The position numbers and the translations under genes are program-made. This document shows positions 1 to 12,772 of a stretch of DNA of 64,000 nt, piece after piece (position 1 is the stretch's first letter; every line of letters begins with the position of its first letter). The stretch is taken from NCBI GenBank assembly GCA_041485725.1, contig JBGPKC010000001.1, positions 12,408 to 76,407 on the forward strand, given 5' to 3'. This DNA is from Steroidobacteraceae bacterium (lineage in GTDB: Bacteria; Pseudomonadota; Gammaproteobacteria; Steroidobacterales; Steroidobacteraceae). The notes beneath the pieces were generated by a model. It saw only the letters and a program-made list of their open reading frames with translations, had not been told where the DNA came from and did not search any database.

Positions 1-40
1 GCACCAGGAGATCTTCAAGCTGTCGGATCGATGCGCTCAT
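1..40 (-). CDS. 5' end of a gene running off the left edge (MSASIRQLEDLLV...). By neighbourhood it is possibly the MoxR-type AAA+ ATPase that usually follows DUF4350.
   Basis: The ATG at 40..38 overlaps the TGA (39..37) of the upstream ORF, giving ATGA coupling. The product is a guess from synteny only. Confidence 0.3.
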   Translation of the reverse strand, partial: MSASIRQLEDLLV

Positions 41-1305
41 GCAGCCAGTTGCCTTTCGGTGCGAACAATGAGGTTATGCAGAGCCGTCAGCGGCACGCGT
101 TGGTCCGAGTAGGCCTGCGCGTACCAGTCCTTGAGTTGCTGCACGTCCGCGCGCGCGAGGCGCGGATGATGTTCGAGCCACTCCCAGGGTAGACCATCGC
201 CTTGCGCCCCACGGTGAGTGCGTGCGCTGAGCCGCCGGAAGAAATGCTCGAACATGCGGCGCGCTGCAGCGGCCGGGCGCAGCACGCGCGCCAGAAATCC
301 CCCGGTGGCGCGCACCAGTTCCGCCTCCCGTGGCGCCGGCATGCGCGTCGCCGGCAGGCGCAGGCGCGTGCTGCCCAGCACCCAGATGAGCCATACCGCC
401 GCAAGCACCCCGATGGTGCCGTACAGGCGTGGGTCGTTGTAGAACTTGGCCGGATCGTAAGCCGCAGCCAGTCCCTGATGTTCATCATCGAACAGCACCG
501 CGCCGGCGGAGCGCACCGTAGCGCCCACGATGTTGGCCAGCAAACGGGCGTTGTCCGCATCGGCGAGCGCGCGGTTGCTGAACAGCGAACCGAAGCCACT
601 CACGATGATGGTCCCCGAGCCAACGGGTCGCATCCATAACACGCCCTCACCCGTCTCACTCTGGTGTGCAAGCGAAAGAACGAAGCCATCCCGCGGCACC
701 CGTACGGTCCAGGCCTGCGGCGGGTAATCCGACCAGGCGACCACGCTCTGCACGCCGCGCAGGTAAGGATGAGGCCGGTTGGGAACCAGCGTGCCGCGTT
801 GCGGCTGTGCCAGCTCCCGCGAGGCCTCGACCATGCGCGCGGCGGCATTCTGCGAGCCGACCGCGCGGCTAACGGCCTCGAAGTCCAGACCGGTGAGCAG
901 TTGCAGGTCGTTGTGGATGCTGGGTCCGCCCCGACCCCAATCGGGGGTGTCCGACAAGGCGGCGAGCACCAGCAGCGTGTTGCCGGCCCTGATCCAGTGA
1001 TCCACGGCACCGGCTTCCTGCACCCTGAAGGGCGTTGCAGCCGGCACGGTCATGATCAGAAGGTTGCCGGCAAGGGGCAGATCCCGCCGCTTCGCCAGTG
1101 TATCGAAGCGCTCGCGCAGCGAGACGGTGCGGATGCCTTCCGCCTCGAGCCAGCTCATCGCTCCGGCAAGTCCGTTGCCATGTCGCTCGATGGTGGTGGG
1201 ACGCGCGACACGCCGCGAATCCAGTCCTTCGCCGCGCATGAACAGCGCGGCGAACAGCAACAACGAGCCGAGCGCACAGACGAGTGTGATCAGGCGTTCG
1301 CGCAT
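37..1305 (-). CDS. DUF4350-like membrane-anchored protein of a MoxR-associated cluster
   Basis: ORF 37..1371 trimmed to MRERLITLVCALGSLLLFAALF (N-terminal TM segment). It also has a second TM segment (TIGVLAAVWLIWVLG). The region GNLLIMTVP...HWIRAGNTLLVLA resembles the DUF4350/GldG-like fold. It sits 4 nt downstream of the preceding gene. Confidence 0.6.
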   Translation of the reverse strand: MRERLITLVCALGSLLLFAALFMRGEGLDSRRVARPTTIERHGNGLAGAMSWLEAEGIRTVSLRERFDTLAKRRDLPLAGNLLIMTVPAATPFRVQEAGAVDHWIRAGNTLLVLAALSDTPDWGRGGPSIHNDLQLLTGLDFEAVSRAVGSQNAAARMVEASRELAQPQRGTLVPNRPHPYLRGVQSVVAWSDYPPQAWTVRVPRDGFVLSLAHQSETGEGVLWMRPVGSGTIIVSGFGSLFSNRALADADNARLLANIVGATVRSAGAVLFDDEHQGLAAAYDPAKFYNDPRLYGTIGVLAAVWLIWVLGSTRLRLPATRMPAPREAELVRATGGFLARVLRPAAAARRMFEHFFRRLSARTHRGAQGDGLPWEWLEHHPRLARADVQQLKDWYAQAYSDQRVPLTALHNLIVRTERQLAA

Positions 1306-1309
1306 GCGC

Positions 1310-2254
1310 TTACCTCGCACCCTGCGGATGCCTGACGGGCGCCTCCAGCGCCGCGAGCAATTCGCGGCCACGCGCCAGCGCCGCGGCCAGGGTTTGCGGG
1401 GCGGGTTCAGTGTCCGAGAAGCTCACGCGCTCGCAGGCCGTGGCAAGCTCCCTGAGACGCTCGCGATCGGACTCCTCGGGCAGGCGCGCGGCGCGCGTCA
1501 GTTCATGCACCGTGAGCGCGCGCGCCGGCGGCAGCCGATCCTGCTCCGCGAGCCGCGTCGTGATGAGTTCCAGCAGCAGTGTTGGCTGCCGGAACGGGCT
1601 GGCATGCTCCAGGCTCTGGAACCTGACCGCTGCCGGCAGGCGCGCGGCGGCGCGCGCACTTCCCGGCGTGCGCTGCCCACCCTTAAGCAGGCCCGCGACA
1701 CGCAGCTCATTCACGACCACGGCACCCGCGAGTGCAATCACGAGCACCAGGGCGCCCCAGACGATCCCCTCCAGGACCGCCTGCGACAGGCCCATATCAC
1801 CGATCATGCGCCGCAACCACCCCTGGTCTGCGCGCTGCGGCGGCGGCGTGAGTGCCTCACGCAGCCACTGCCTGAAACGCGCCCACCAGCCACCGCGCGG
1901 CTGATCCGGCTGCGTGAGCGTCGCGAGCACCGCGGCGACCCGCGCGACGCGCGGTTCGCGTGCGCCGGCCGCAGCGGGCGGTGGGCCCGTCAGCAGCGTG
2001 CGCAGTTCCGTCAGTCCGTCGGCAGACAACAGGCTGTCCGGCCGGTTCCAGTCACGCGGCAGCCACGCCGCCCACTCGCTCTGCGCGAGGCTCGGAGCGA
2101 GGTCCGGGCAGCGCGCGGCGATGTGCTGATAGCCGACGTCGAGATTGCGATCCAGCTGCCGCAGGCACGCATCGATCGCGCCGAGCGCATCGCGTGCCTG
2201 CGCCCCCGGCAACCCGGCGGCTGCAAGGACAAGCGCCAGGAGCCAACGGCGCAT
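1310..2254 (-). CDS. DUF4129-like protein with a signal peptide and one internal TM segment
   Basis: Has the signal peptide MRRWLLALVLAAAGLPGAQA and the central TM segment IVWGALVLVIALAGAVVV. The C-terminal part (TVHELTRAA...ACERVSFSD) has the look of DUF4129. The gene is tightly packed between its neighbours. Confidence 0.5.
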   Translation of the reverse strand: MRRWLLALVLAAAGLPGAQARDALGAIDACLRQLDRNLDVGYQHIAARCPDLAPSLAQSEWAAWLPRDWNRPDSLLSADGLTELRTLLTGPPPAAAGAREPRVARVAAVLATLTQPDQPRGGWWARFRQWLREALTPPPQRADQGWLRRMIGDMGLSQAVLEGIVWGALVLVIALAGAVVVNELRVAGLLKGGQRTPGSARAAARLPAAVRFQSLEHASPFRQPTLLLELITTRLAEQDRLPPARALTVHELTRAARLPEESDRERLRELATACERVSFSDTEPAPQTLAAALARGRELLAALEAPVRHPQGAR

Positions 2255-2257
2255 GAG

Positions 2258-3097
2258 TTATGGCGTGACGGGGGCCGAGAGGCGCTGTGCGAGGTCGGCG
2301 CCTTCCCGGCGCGCGGTGAGATCACCGAGCACCGCGAGCGCCAGCGCCCAGTAGAAGGGCGTGCCGACGGCGCTCAGGATAACCACCAGAACGGTGGTCG
2401 CGGCGGTAATGACGGCAATGTCACCGTGCGAGAGCAGCACCGCCAGGATTGCGGCAATCAGACCGGACAGAGAGTAGAGAACGACCAGCAGCACGAGCGC
2501 CACGCTATAGATCAGCGTCAGGCGCCACCAGCTGCCAGAGGTCAGGCGCCAGCTTTGGCTCATGCTCGCCACGGCGCCCTTGCCCGTGACCAGCAACACG
2601 GTCCACCCGCAGGACAGCGCGACCGCGACATAGCAGGCCGGAATCAGGAGCAGCACCATGCTCGAGAACCGCGCCGTCCCGTGGAGCGCGAAGGCCGGCA
2701 GGATCCAGACCACTACGGCCAGCGAGGTCAGGATCCCGAGCAGCACCATCCCCGGAAGGCGCCGCAGCCCGGTTGCCAGCTCCGCGCCCGTCGCCACCGG
2801 ACGGCCGGTCGCGATGGCGTACTGGCGCAGCAGGACGGCGCTCCACAGGACGACGGCAATCAGATACCCGAGGACATACAGCGTCCACCAGACCGGGTCG
2901 TGTATCAGCGCGGGTATACGCGCCACCGCGCCACGGCCGGTCGCCAGGTAATAGATGTTCGGCAGCTGGCTGGCGATCACGGCGATCGTCGCGTACGGCA
3001 GGCAGTTCAACAAGGTCGCGCGAAAGATCCGGAAAGCCGAATCCAGAATCTCCCCGACGGACTGCGGCCGCGGGGGCGGGTACAGTATGTTTGGCAT
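2258..3097 (-). CDS. polytopic inner-membrane protein of unknown function; first gene of the DUF4129/DUF4350 cluster
   Basis: 279 aa with about six hydrophobic segments. The N-terminus GEILDSAFRIFRATLLNCLPY resembles UPF0259/YciC-type membrane proteins. ATG at 3097. Confidence 0.5.
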   Translation of the reverse strand: MPNILYPPPRPQSVGEILDSAFRIFRATLLNCLPYATIAVIASQLPNIYYLATGRGAVARIPALIHDPVWWTLYVLGYLIAVVLWSAVLLRQYAIATGRPVATGAELATGLRRLPGMVLLGILTSLAVVVWILPAFALHGTARFSSMVLLLIPACYVAVALSCGWTVLLVTGKGAVASMSQSWRLTSGSWWRLTLIYSVALVLLVVLYSLSGLIAAILAVLLSHGDIAVITAATTVLVVILSAVGTPFYWALALAVLGDLTARREGADLAQRLSAPVTP

Positions 3098-3133
3098 CCC
3101 TGCATCTTACCGGGGCGCGGCGAAGTTGAGTGT

Positions 3134-3994
3134 ATGACAGGGAATTTGAGCGTGGCGGGGCTGCTGGCCGAGGGCGTGCGAGCGCTGCGTGCCGCGCCCG
3201 CGCGCACGGAACCTGCGGCAACCGCGGACCTGGACGCGCAGCTGCTGCTGGCGCACATCCTGGCGGTGCCGCGCACGCGCCTGAAATCGCACCCGGAAGA
3301 CCTGCCCGACCCGTCGCGCATCCAACACTACCGGGGTCTGCTCGCGCGGCGTGCGGCCGGCGAGCCCCTGGCCTACCTCACGGGCTCCCGGGACTTCTGG
3401 TCACTGCGCCTCAGGGTTACCCCGGCGGTGCTGATCCCGCGCCCGGAAACCGAACTGCTGGTGGAACGAGCTCTGGCCCTGCGCACCGCAGCCGACGGGC
3501 GCGTGGCGGATCTCGGCACGGGCTGCGGCGCCGTCGCGCTCGCGCTCGCCAGCGAGCGTCCACGCTGGCACGTGGTTGCGACCGATGCCTGCGCGGACGC
3601 ACTGGCCATCGCACGCGCCAATGCGGCGGCGCTGGGACTCAGCCGGGTTGAGTTGCGACACGGCGACTGGTACCAGCCGCTCCTTGGCGAGCGCTTCGAC
3701 GTCCTGGTGAGCAACCCACCTTACGTCGCGCAAGACGATCCGGCCCTCGCGACTTCCTCCCTCAGGCACGAACCGCCGCGGGCTCTCACGCCGGGCCTGG
3801 ATGCGCTCTCGTGCCTGCGTACCCTGGTGCGCGGCGCGCCACGGCACCTTGCGCCCGAGGGCTGGCTGCTGCTCGAGCATGGCGCCACCCAGGGCGCGGA
3901 GGTGCGGCGTGAGCTTGTCGACGCGGGCTTCCGTCACGTACGCTCGCACCGCGATCTGGCCGGCCACGAGCGCATGACGGAAGGACAGCGATGA
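3134..3994 (+). CDS. prmC: peptide chain release factor N5-glutamine methyltransferase
   Basis: This is the C-terminal 286 codons of ORF 1052..3994, starting at the ATG at 3134 ([11 protein letters not shown]). Motifs are [27 protein letters not shown] and the NPPY box (VSNPPYV). Confidence 0.9.
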   Translation: MTGNLSVAGLLAEGVRALRAAPARTEPAATADLDAQLLLAHILAVPRTRLKSHPEDLPDPSRIQHYRGLLARRAAGEPLAYLTGSRDFWSLRLRVTPAVLIPRPETELLVERALALRTAADGRVADLGTGCGAVALALASERPRWHVVATDACADALAIARANAAALGLSRVELRHGDWYQPLLGERFDVLVSNPPYVAQDDPALATSSLRHEPPRALTPGLDALSCLRTLVRGAPRHLAPEGWLLLEHGATQGAEVRRELVDAGFRHVRSHRDLAGHERMTEGQR

Positions 3995-4482
3995 TCAGAT
4001 TTGAAACCTCGCACGGCGACTTCACGGTGGAACTGTTCCCCAAGGAGGCGCCGGTCACGGTCGAGAATTTCCTGCGCTATGTCGATGACGGCCATTTCGA
4101 CGGCACCATCTTTCATCGCATCGTGCCGGGCTTCTGCATCCAGGGCGGCGGACTGACCGCCGACTTCGCCAGCAAGAAAACGCGCGCGCCGATCAGCAAT
4201 GAAGCCGGGAACGGGCTGAAGAACACCCGCGGCAGCCTGTCCATGGCGCGCACCAGCGATATCAACAGCGCCACCTCGCAGTTCTTCGTGAACCTGTCTG
4301 ACAACGCCTTCCTCGATCACGGGCCGCGCGACTACGGTTATGCGGTCTTTGGCCGCGTCACGCAGGGCATGGAGGTCATCGACAAGATTGCGCGCGTGAG
4401 CACCGGCCGGCGCAAGGGCTTTCAGGATGCCCCGCTCGAGGATGTCGTGATCGTGTCCGCCCGCCGCGCGCAGCCCGCCTAG
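3991..4482 (+). CDS. ppiB: cyclophilin-type peptidyl-prolyl cis-trans isomerase, cytoplasmic
   Basis: Carries [28 protein letters not shown] and SATSQFF with no signal peptide. The ATGA overlaps the prmC stop. Confidence 0.93.
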   Translation: MIRFETSHGDFTVELFPKEAPVTVENFLRYVDDGHFDGTIFHRIVPGFCIQGGGLTADFASKKTRAPISNEAGNGLKNTRGSLSMARTSDINSATSQFFVNLSDNAFLDHGPRDYGYAVFGRVTQGMEVIDKIARVSTGRRKGFQDAPLEDVVIVSARRAQPA

Positions 4483-4502
4483 CGCCGGCGCACCGGCATA
4501 GC

Positions 4503-5291
4503 TTGCAGCCAGCGAATCGCAACCTCCGCCGGCGCAGCGGCGCGCTGAGCTCGTTGCGGCAGCGCGGCAGTGTCGCCGGGCGGCTGCTGAAGTGGCTCAC
4601 GGTCGCGCTGCTCGGGTGGCTGCTGCTGACCGGCGTACCGGTGCTGCTGTTGCGCTGGCTGCATCCGCTCACCAGCGCGTTCATGCTGGAAGCGGGAGCG
4701 CAAGCGTGGGCAGCGCAGGAGCGCGCCTATCGCACTGACTTCCAATGGGTGAGTCTCGAGCAGATTTCCGCGCACGCAGCCAGCGCGGTGATCGCCTCCG
4801 AGGACCAGCAGTTCCCGTTCCACGCCGGCTTCGACTTCGACTCCATCCGCGAGGCCGTGCGCGCCAGCGAACGCGGCAAGCGCCTGCGGGGCGCGAGTAC
4901 CATCTCGCAGCAGGTGGCGAAGAACCTCTTCCTGTGGCCCGGGCACAGCTTCGTGCGCAAGGCCCTGGAGGCCTACTTCACCGTGCTGATCGAGGCGCTG
5001 TGGCCCAAGGAGCGGATTCTCGAGATGTATCTGAACGTTGCGCAGTTCGGTCACGGCATCTACGGCGTGCAGGCGGCGGCGCAGCGTTTCTGGCACAAGC
5101 CCGCACGGCGCCTGAGCTCCTCGGAGGCCGCGCTGCTGGCCGCGGTGCTGCCGAATCCGCTGCGGCTGCGCGTCGACCGGCCTTCCGGCTACGTGCTGGC
5201 GCGGCGCGACTGGATTCTCGGCCAGATGCGCGGCCTGGGCGGCCCCGGGTACCTGCGCGCGCTGGAGAGCGAGCGGCGCACCGCGCGGTGA
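4503..5291 (+). CDS. mtgA: monofunctional biosynthetic peptidoglycan transglycosylase
   Basis: Shows the GT51 motifs IASEDQQFPFHAGFD, GASTISQQVAKNLFL and ILEMYLNVAQFG, plus an N-terminal TM anchor. The TTG start at 4503 is uncertain. Confidence 0.9.
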   Translation: MQPANRNLRRRSGALSSLRQRGSVAGRLLKWLTVALLGWLLLTGVPVLLLRWLHPLTSAFMLEAGAQAWAAQERAYRTDFQWVSLEQISAHAASAVIASEDQQFPFHAGFDFDSIREAVRASERGKRLRGASTISQQVAKNLFLWPGHSFVRKALEAYFTVLIEALWPKERILEMYLNVAQFGHGIYGVQAAAQRFWHKPARRLSSSEAALLAAVLPNPLRLRVDRPSGYVLARRDWILGQMRGLGGPGYLRALESERRTAR

Positions 5292-5378
5292 GGCGAACCG
5301 CTCAGGTTGGGCAGGTCGCCCCGCTTCGCCTCTTTCGGACGATGTCACGCGGCATTTTCCTGCGGTAGCATCGGGATT

Positions 5379-5966
5379 ATGGAGCGCGAACTCACCGCGA
5401 CGCACTGGCGCGGCTATGCCGAGGAGCAGTTTCCGCAAGCCGCCTGGAGCGTGGACGGGAGTGTGCTGCGCGCCATCGCCACGGGTCCCAGGGTCGACCT
5501 GATTACCCGCGAGCGTTTTCGCGACTTCGTGCTGTCCTTCGATTGGCGCCTGCCGCGCGGCGGCAGTTCGGCAGTCACGTACCGCGTGAGCGAGGAGAGC
5601 GGGCCCGCCACGCACACCGCCCCTGCCATGCAGCTGCTGGATGACGAGCACCACCAGGACGGCGCAGATGCCCTGACCTCGTGTGGCGCCCTCTACGGGC
5701 TCATGGCGCCGTGGCACGATCAGCGCAGCAGCGCCAATGCCTATCACAGCTCGCGCATCGTGGTGAATGGCACGCTGGTGGAATACTGGATCGACGAGCG
5801 TCAGGTGCTGGGCTGCGATCTCGCCAGCGAGGAGCTCACGGAACGCATCGCGCGCAGCCGGTTTCGCGACTTTGCGCAGTTCGGCCGGGCGCGCGAAGGT
5901 CACATCGTCCTGGCGCACCGCGGCACGGAAGCCTGGTTCCGGCGGTTGCGCATCGAGCTGTTGTGA
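5379..5966 (+). CDS. DUF1080 (3-keto-disaccharide hydrolase-like) domain protein
   Basis: ORF 5307..5966 trimmed to MERELTATHW. DLITRERFRDFVLSFDWRL...GGSSAVTYR and the C-terminal GHIVLAHRGTEAWFRRLRI are typical of DUF1080. No signal peptide is seen. Confidence 0.6.
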   Translation: MERELTATHWRGYAEEQFPQAAWSVDGSVLRAIATGPRVDLITRERFRDFVLSFDWRLPRGGSSAVTYRVSEESGPATHTAPAMQLLDDEHHQDGADALTSCGALYGLMAPWHDQRSSANAYHSSRIVVNGTLVEYWIDERQVLGCDLASEELTERIARSRFRDFAQFGRAREGHIVLAHRGTEAWFRRLRIELL

Positions 5967-5967
5967 C

Positions 5968-5999
5968 GGGCGGCGCGTGAGGGCGCCTGCCCGCCGCCC
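5968..5999. terminator. GC-rich hairpin between the convergent DUF1080 gene and metH; candidate bidirectional terminator
   Basis: GGGCGGCG (5968..5975) pairs perfectly with CGCCGCCC (5992..5999) across a 16-nt loop. There is no clear U-tract on either side. Confidence 0.35.
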
Positions 6000-6000
6000 T

Positions 6001-9815
<3,815 letters not shown>

Positions 9816-9819
<4 letters not shown>

Positions 9820-10721
9820 GCCGGCGCTTCCTGGCGCGCGGCGCCCGCGGAGCGCGGTACCGGCCGCAGCCCGAGCGCATGACAGATCGCGTAGCTCAGC
9901 GCCGCGCGATTCAGGGTGTAAAAGTGAAAGTCGCGCACGCCGTGGCGGGTGAGCGCCTCGACCTGCTCGATCGCAACGCTGGCGGCGATCATGCGACAGG
10001 TATCGTGATCGTCATCGAGGCCGGCAAAGCGCTCGTGCAGCCACCGGGGAATGCTCGCGCCGCAGCGTTCGGCAAAGCGCAGCACCTGCGGGAAGCGGGT
10101 GATGGGCAGAATGCCCGGCACCAGGGGCGCGCGCACGCCGGCCGCCGCGCAGCGATCGCGAAAGCGCAGGAAAACGCCGGTGTCGTAGCAGAACTGGGTG
10201 ATAGCGCGGGTCGCGCCGGCGTCGATCTTGCGCTTGAGGTTATCCAGATCCGCCGCCGCCGAGCGCGCCTCCGGATGCACCTCCGGGTAAGCCGCGACCG
10301 AGATGTCAAACGGCGCGACGGCGGCGAGTCCCGCGACCAGCTCCGCCGCGTAGCGAAAATCCGCGGCGTGCGGCTGATGAGAGCTCTGCCCCTGCGGCAG
10401 ATCGCCACGCAGCGCGACCAGGTGGCGAATGCCCTGGTCCCAGTAGCCGCGCGCGATCGCGAGGATCTCGCTGCGCGAGGCGCCGATGCAGGTCAGGTGC
10501 GGCGCGCCCGTGAGCGCCGTGTCACGCTGGATGCGCGTCACAAGGTTGTGAGTGCGTTCGCGCGTGGAACCGTCCGCGCCGTAGGTCACCGACACGAAGC
10601 GCGGTGCCAGCGGCGCGAGGCGCTCGATGGAGTTCCACAGGATCGTCTCCATCGCCGCGTCCGCTGGCGGGAAGAATTCGAATGACACACGGAGCGGGAG
10701 CCCGGTGGGGTGCGCGTTCAT
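9816..10721 (-). CDS. metF: 5,10-methylenetetrahydrofolate reductase
   Basis: ORF trimmed to [19 protein letters not shown]. Contains [16 protein letters not shown] and HFYTLNRA. The ATGA overlaps the stop of the upstream regulator gene. Confidence 0.93.
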
Positions 10722-11665
10722 GGACGAGCCCCTGCCGCGCTGGCGAGCTGCCCCGGGGCCGCGGCTGCAGGCCGCGCGACGGCCGCGAGCACGTGCTCCC
10801 CGTCGGCTTCGACAGGACTCAGGCGCTCGCACGTAAGGCCGGCATCGCCCAGCAAGCGGCGCAGGCGCGCCAGCGGATGTTCCACGATGCGCTCGCGCGA
10901 CCTCTCCAGCGATTCATAGGGCTCGAAGATCCACAGCCGTCCGCTCGGCGTGAGCAGCCGCCGCGCGTGTTCCAGCATGCGCGCCAGTGTGTCTGCGCTC
11001 GCGAAGGTGTCGAGCAGCACCGCATCGAATGGCCCTGCCGCGCGCGCGAGATCCGTGTCGCTGAGGACCCCGGGGCTCGTGGCTTGAAGGACCCGGCAGG
11101 TGAAGCCCCGCCGCTGCGCAAATGCGCGCGCGCTTTGCGCCGCGCGCCGCGAATGTGCGATGGCCGTGCAGTGCCGGCTCGCGCGCGCTGCGCTTTCGAG
11201 CAGTTCCGGATGACTGACCCCGAACACCAGCACCGCTTCGAGCGGCGCGCTTAAGCCCCCGGCGGCGACCAACTCGGCAAGCGCCCGGCCGAGGCGTGAC
11301 TCCGCACCGTGCGCGTGCGTCTGGGCATCGGGCACGGCGCCTGCGCGCGCGTCGCTACGATCGCGCACCAGCATCGGATCGCTGCGATCGAGCTGCGCGA
11401 GCAGGCCACGCACGAAGGTCGCTCCTTCGGCGCCCTCGGCCAGGCGGTAATGGACCCATTGTCCGTGCCGCAGCCGCACCAGCAGACCGGCCTCGCACAG
11501 GATTTTCAGATGCCGCGACACGCGCGGCTCGCTCTGTTTCAGCGCCCGCGCGAGATCCGAAACGCTCAATGCACCGTCGGCACACAGCGCGAGCAGGCGC
11601 AGCCGGCTGGGCTCGCCGGCCGCCCGCAGCCACTTCACCAGGATCGGCGGAGCCGTCGAGTACAT
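10718..11665 (-). CDS. sahR: ArsR-family wHTH fused to a SAM-methyltransferase-like domain; SahR-type regulator of the methionine/SAM cycle
   Basis: The N-terminus has the ArsR HTH (GEPSRLRLLALCADGALSVSDLARALKQSEPRVSRHLKIL). The C-terminal half resembles a class I methyltransferase fold. It sits directly upstream of metF-metH. The assignment to SahR comes from the published family description. Confidence 0.7.
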   Translation of the reverse strand: MYSTAPPILVKWLRAAGEPSRLRLLALCADGALSVSDLARALKQSEPRVSRHLKILCEAGLLVRLRHGQWVHYRLAEGAEGATFVRGLLAQLDRSDPMLVRDRSDARAGAVPDAQTHAHGAESRLGRALAELVAAGGLSAPLEAVLVFGVSHPELLESAARASRHCTAIAHSRRAAQSARAFAQRRGFTCRVLQATSPGVLSDTDLARAAGPFDAVLLDTFASADTLARMLEHARRLLTPSGRLWIFEPYESLERSRERIVEHPLARLRRLLGDAGLTCERLSPVEADGEHVLAAVARPAAAAPGQLASAAGARP

Positions 11666-11667
11666 TC

Positions 11668-11700
11668 AAGAATTGTACAATTCTTTATGTGCTCCGCCAA
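11668..11700 (-). promoter_or_regulatory. candidate sigma70 promoter plus operator for sahR-metF-metH
   Basis: The minus strand reads TTGGCG-17 nt-TACAAT-TCTTGA-ATG. A perfect 18-bp palindrome, AAGAATTGTACAATTCTT (11668..11685), covers the -10 box. This is an AT-rich island in a GC-rich genome. Confidence 0.5.
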
Positions 11701-11749
11701 ATCGTCAGGAATAGTCTGTCTGATGAGGCAATTTCAGCGAATGCACTGG

Positions 11750-12682
11750 TTAATGGATCACTGACGATCCACCTGCACGTGGACCCTCGGCGAACAGCGC
11801 TTCCACGTCCGCGGCGTCGAAGCGGTATGGGCGGTGGCAGAACTCGCAGGTCACCGTCACGGCCCCCTGCTCCCGGAGCACCTCGCGAACCTCCTCGGCC
11901 CCGAGCGCCCGCAGAAGCCCCGCGACCCGGCCCTGACTGCAGCGGCATTCGAACCGCACGGGCGCGCCGCGAAACAGCCGCAGGTCGTGGTTGGTGAAGC
12001 CCTGCGCCAGCAGCTCTTCGGCCGAGCACTGCAGCAGTTGCGCCGGGCTCAGGCGCTCGAGACCACGCTGCGCGCCCTCCCAGGCCGCTGCGACCTCCTG
12101 TGGATCGCCTGCGCCCGCATCGGGCAGCTTCTGCACCAGCATCCCGGCACCGCAAGCGTCGTCCGCAGCGAGCAGCACGCGCGTCGGCAGCTGCTCGGAG
12201 GAGGCAAAGTACGCCTCCAGCGATTCGCTGAGCGAAGTACCGGCGAGGGGCACGACGCTCTGGTAGCGCATGCTCTTCTCGTCCGCCTCCACCGTCACGG
12301 TGATGCGGCCGTCGGTGCCGACCAGCCGGCGGAAGACCGCCCCGCGCCGGCAGTCGCCGGACAATTCGCGCAGCGCAGCGGCCTCATAGCGCGCCACCGC
12401 ACGCAGCCGGAAATTGTGGGCGCACTGCGCGACCAGCAACCCGACTGCGCCGTTGCCCTGCAACTGGAAGGTGAGCGTGCCGCGGAACTTCAGGGTCGCG
12501 GCCAGCAGCACCGAGGCGGCCACCGCCTGACCGAGCAGTTCGCTCACGGCCGGCGGGTAATCGGTCTGCGCGCGCAGCTCGCGCCATGCGCCCTCCAGGC
12601 GCACCCAATGGCCGCGCACGGGCCTTTTCTCGAATATGAAGCGACGCACCTCGTCGCTCACCGGGACAGCGCACTGATCCAT
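11750..12682 (-). CDS. hslO: redox-regulated chaperone Hsp33
   Basis: Trimmed to MDQCAVPVSDEVRRFIFE. Carries the C-terminal zinc centre CRCS...CEFCHRPYRF. Confidence 0.9.
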   Translation of the reverse strand: MDQCAVPVSDEVRRFIFEKRPVRGHWVRLEGAWRELRAQTDYPPAVSELLGQAVAASVLLAATLKFRGTLTFQLQGNGAVGLLVAQCAHNFRLRAVARYEAAALRELSGDCRRGAVFRRLVGTDGRITVTVEADEKSMRYQSVVPLAGTSLSESLEAYFASSEQLPTRVLLAADDACGAGMLVQKLPDAGAGDPQEVAAAWEGAQRGLERLSPAQLLQCSAEELLAQGFTNHDLRLFRGAPVRFECRCSQGRVAGLLRALGAEEVREVLREQGAVTVTCEFCHRPYRFDAADVEALFAEGPRAGGSSVIH

Positions 12683-12772
12683 TGCCACCACAATGCGGCA
12701 GGCACTCACGCGCTTCAACCCCGCCTGTGGCGCTGCCCGATCAGCGCGCGCGGCGCGCGTCGCGATTGAAGC

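Noticed and set aside
1052-3133. N-terminal 694 codons of the 980-aa plus-strand ORF that ends as prmC
   Set aside because: This upstream part is antisense to three well-supported minus-strand membrane genes and is Arg-rich junk. PrmC homology begins at the ATG at 3134.
11701-11749. Weak stem (TCATCAG...CTGACGA followed by TTT on the minus strand) as an hslO terminator
   Set aside because: The stem has a mismatch and only three U residues follow. That is too weak to call.
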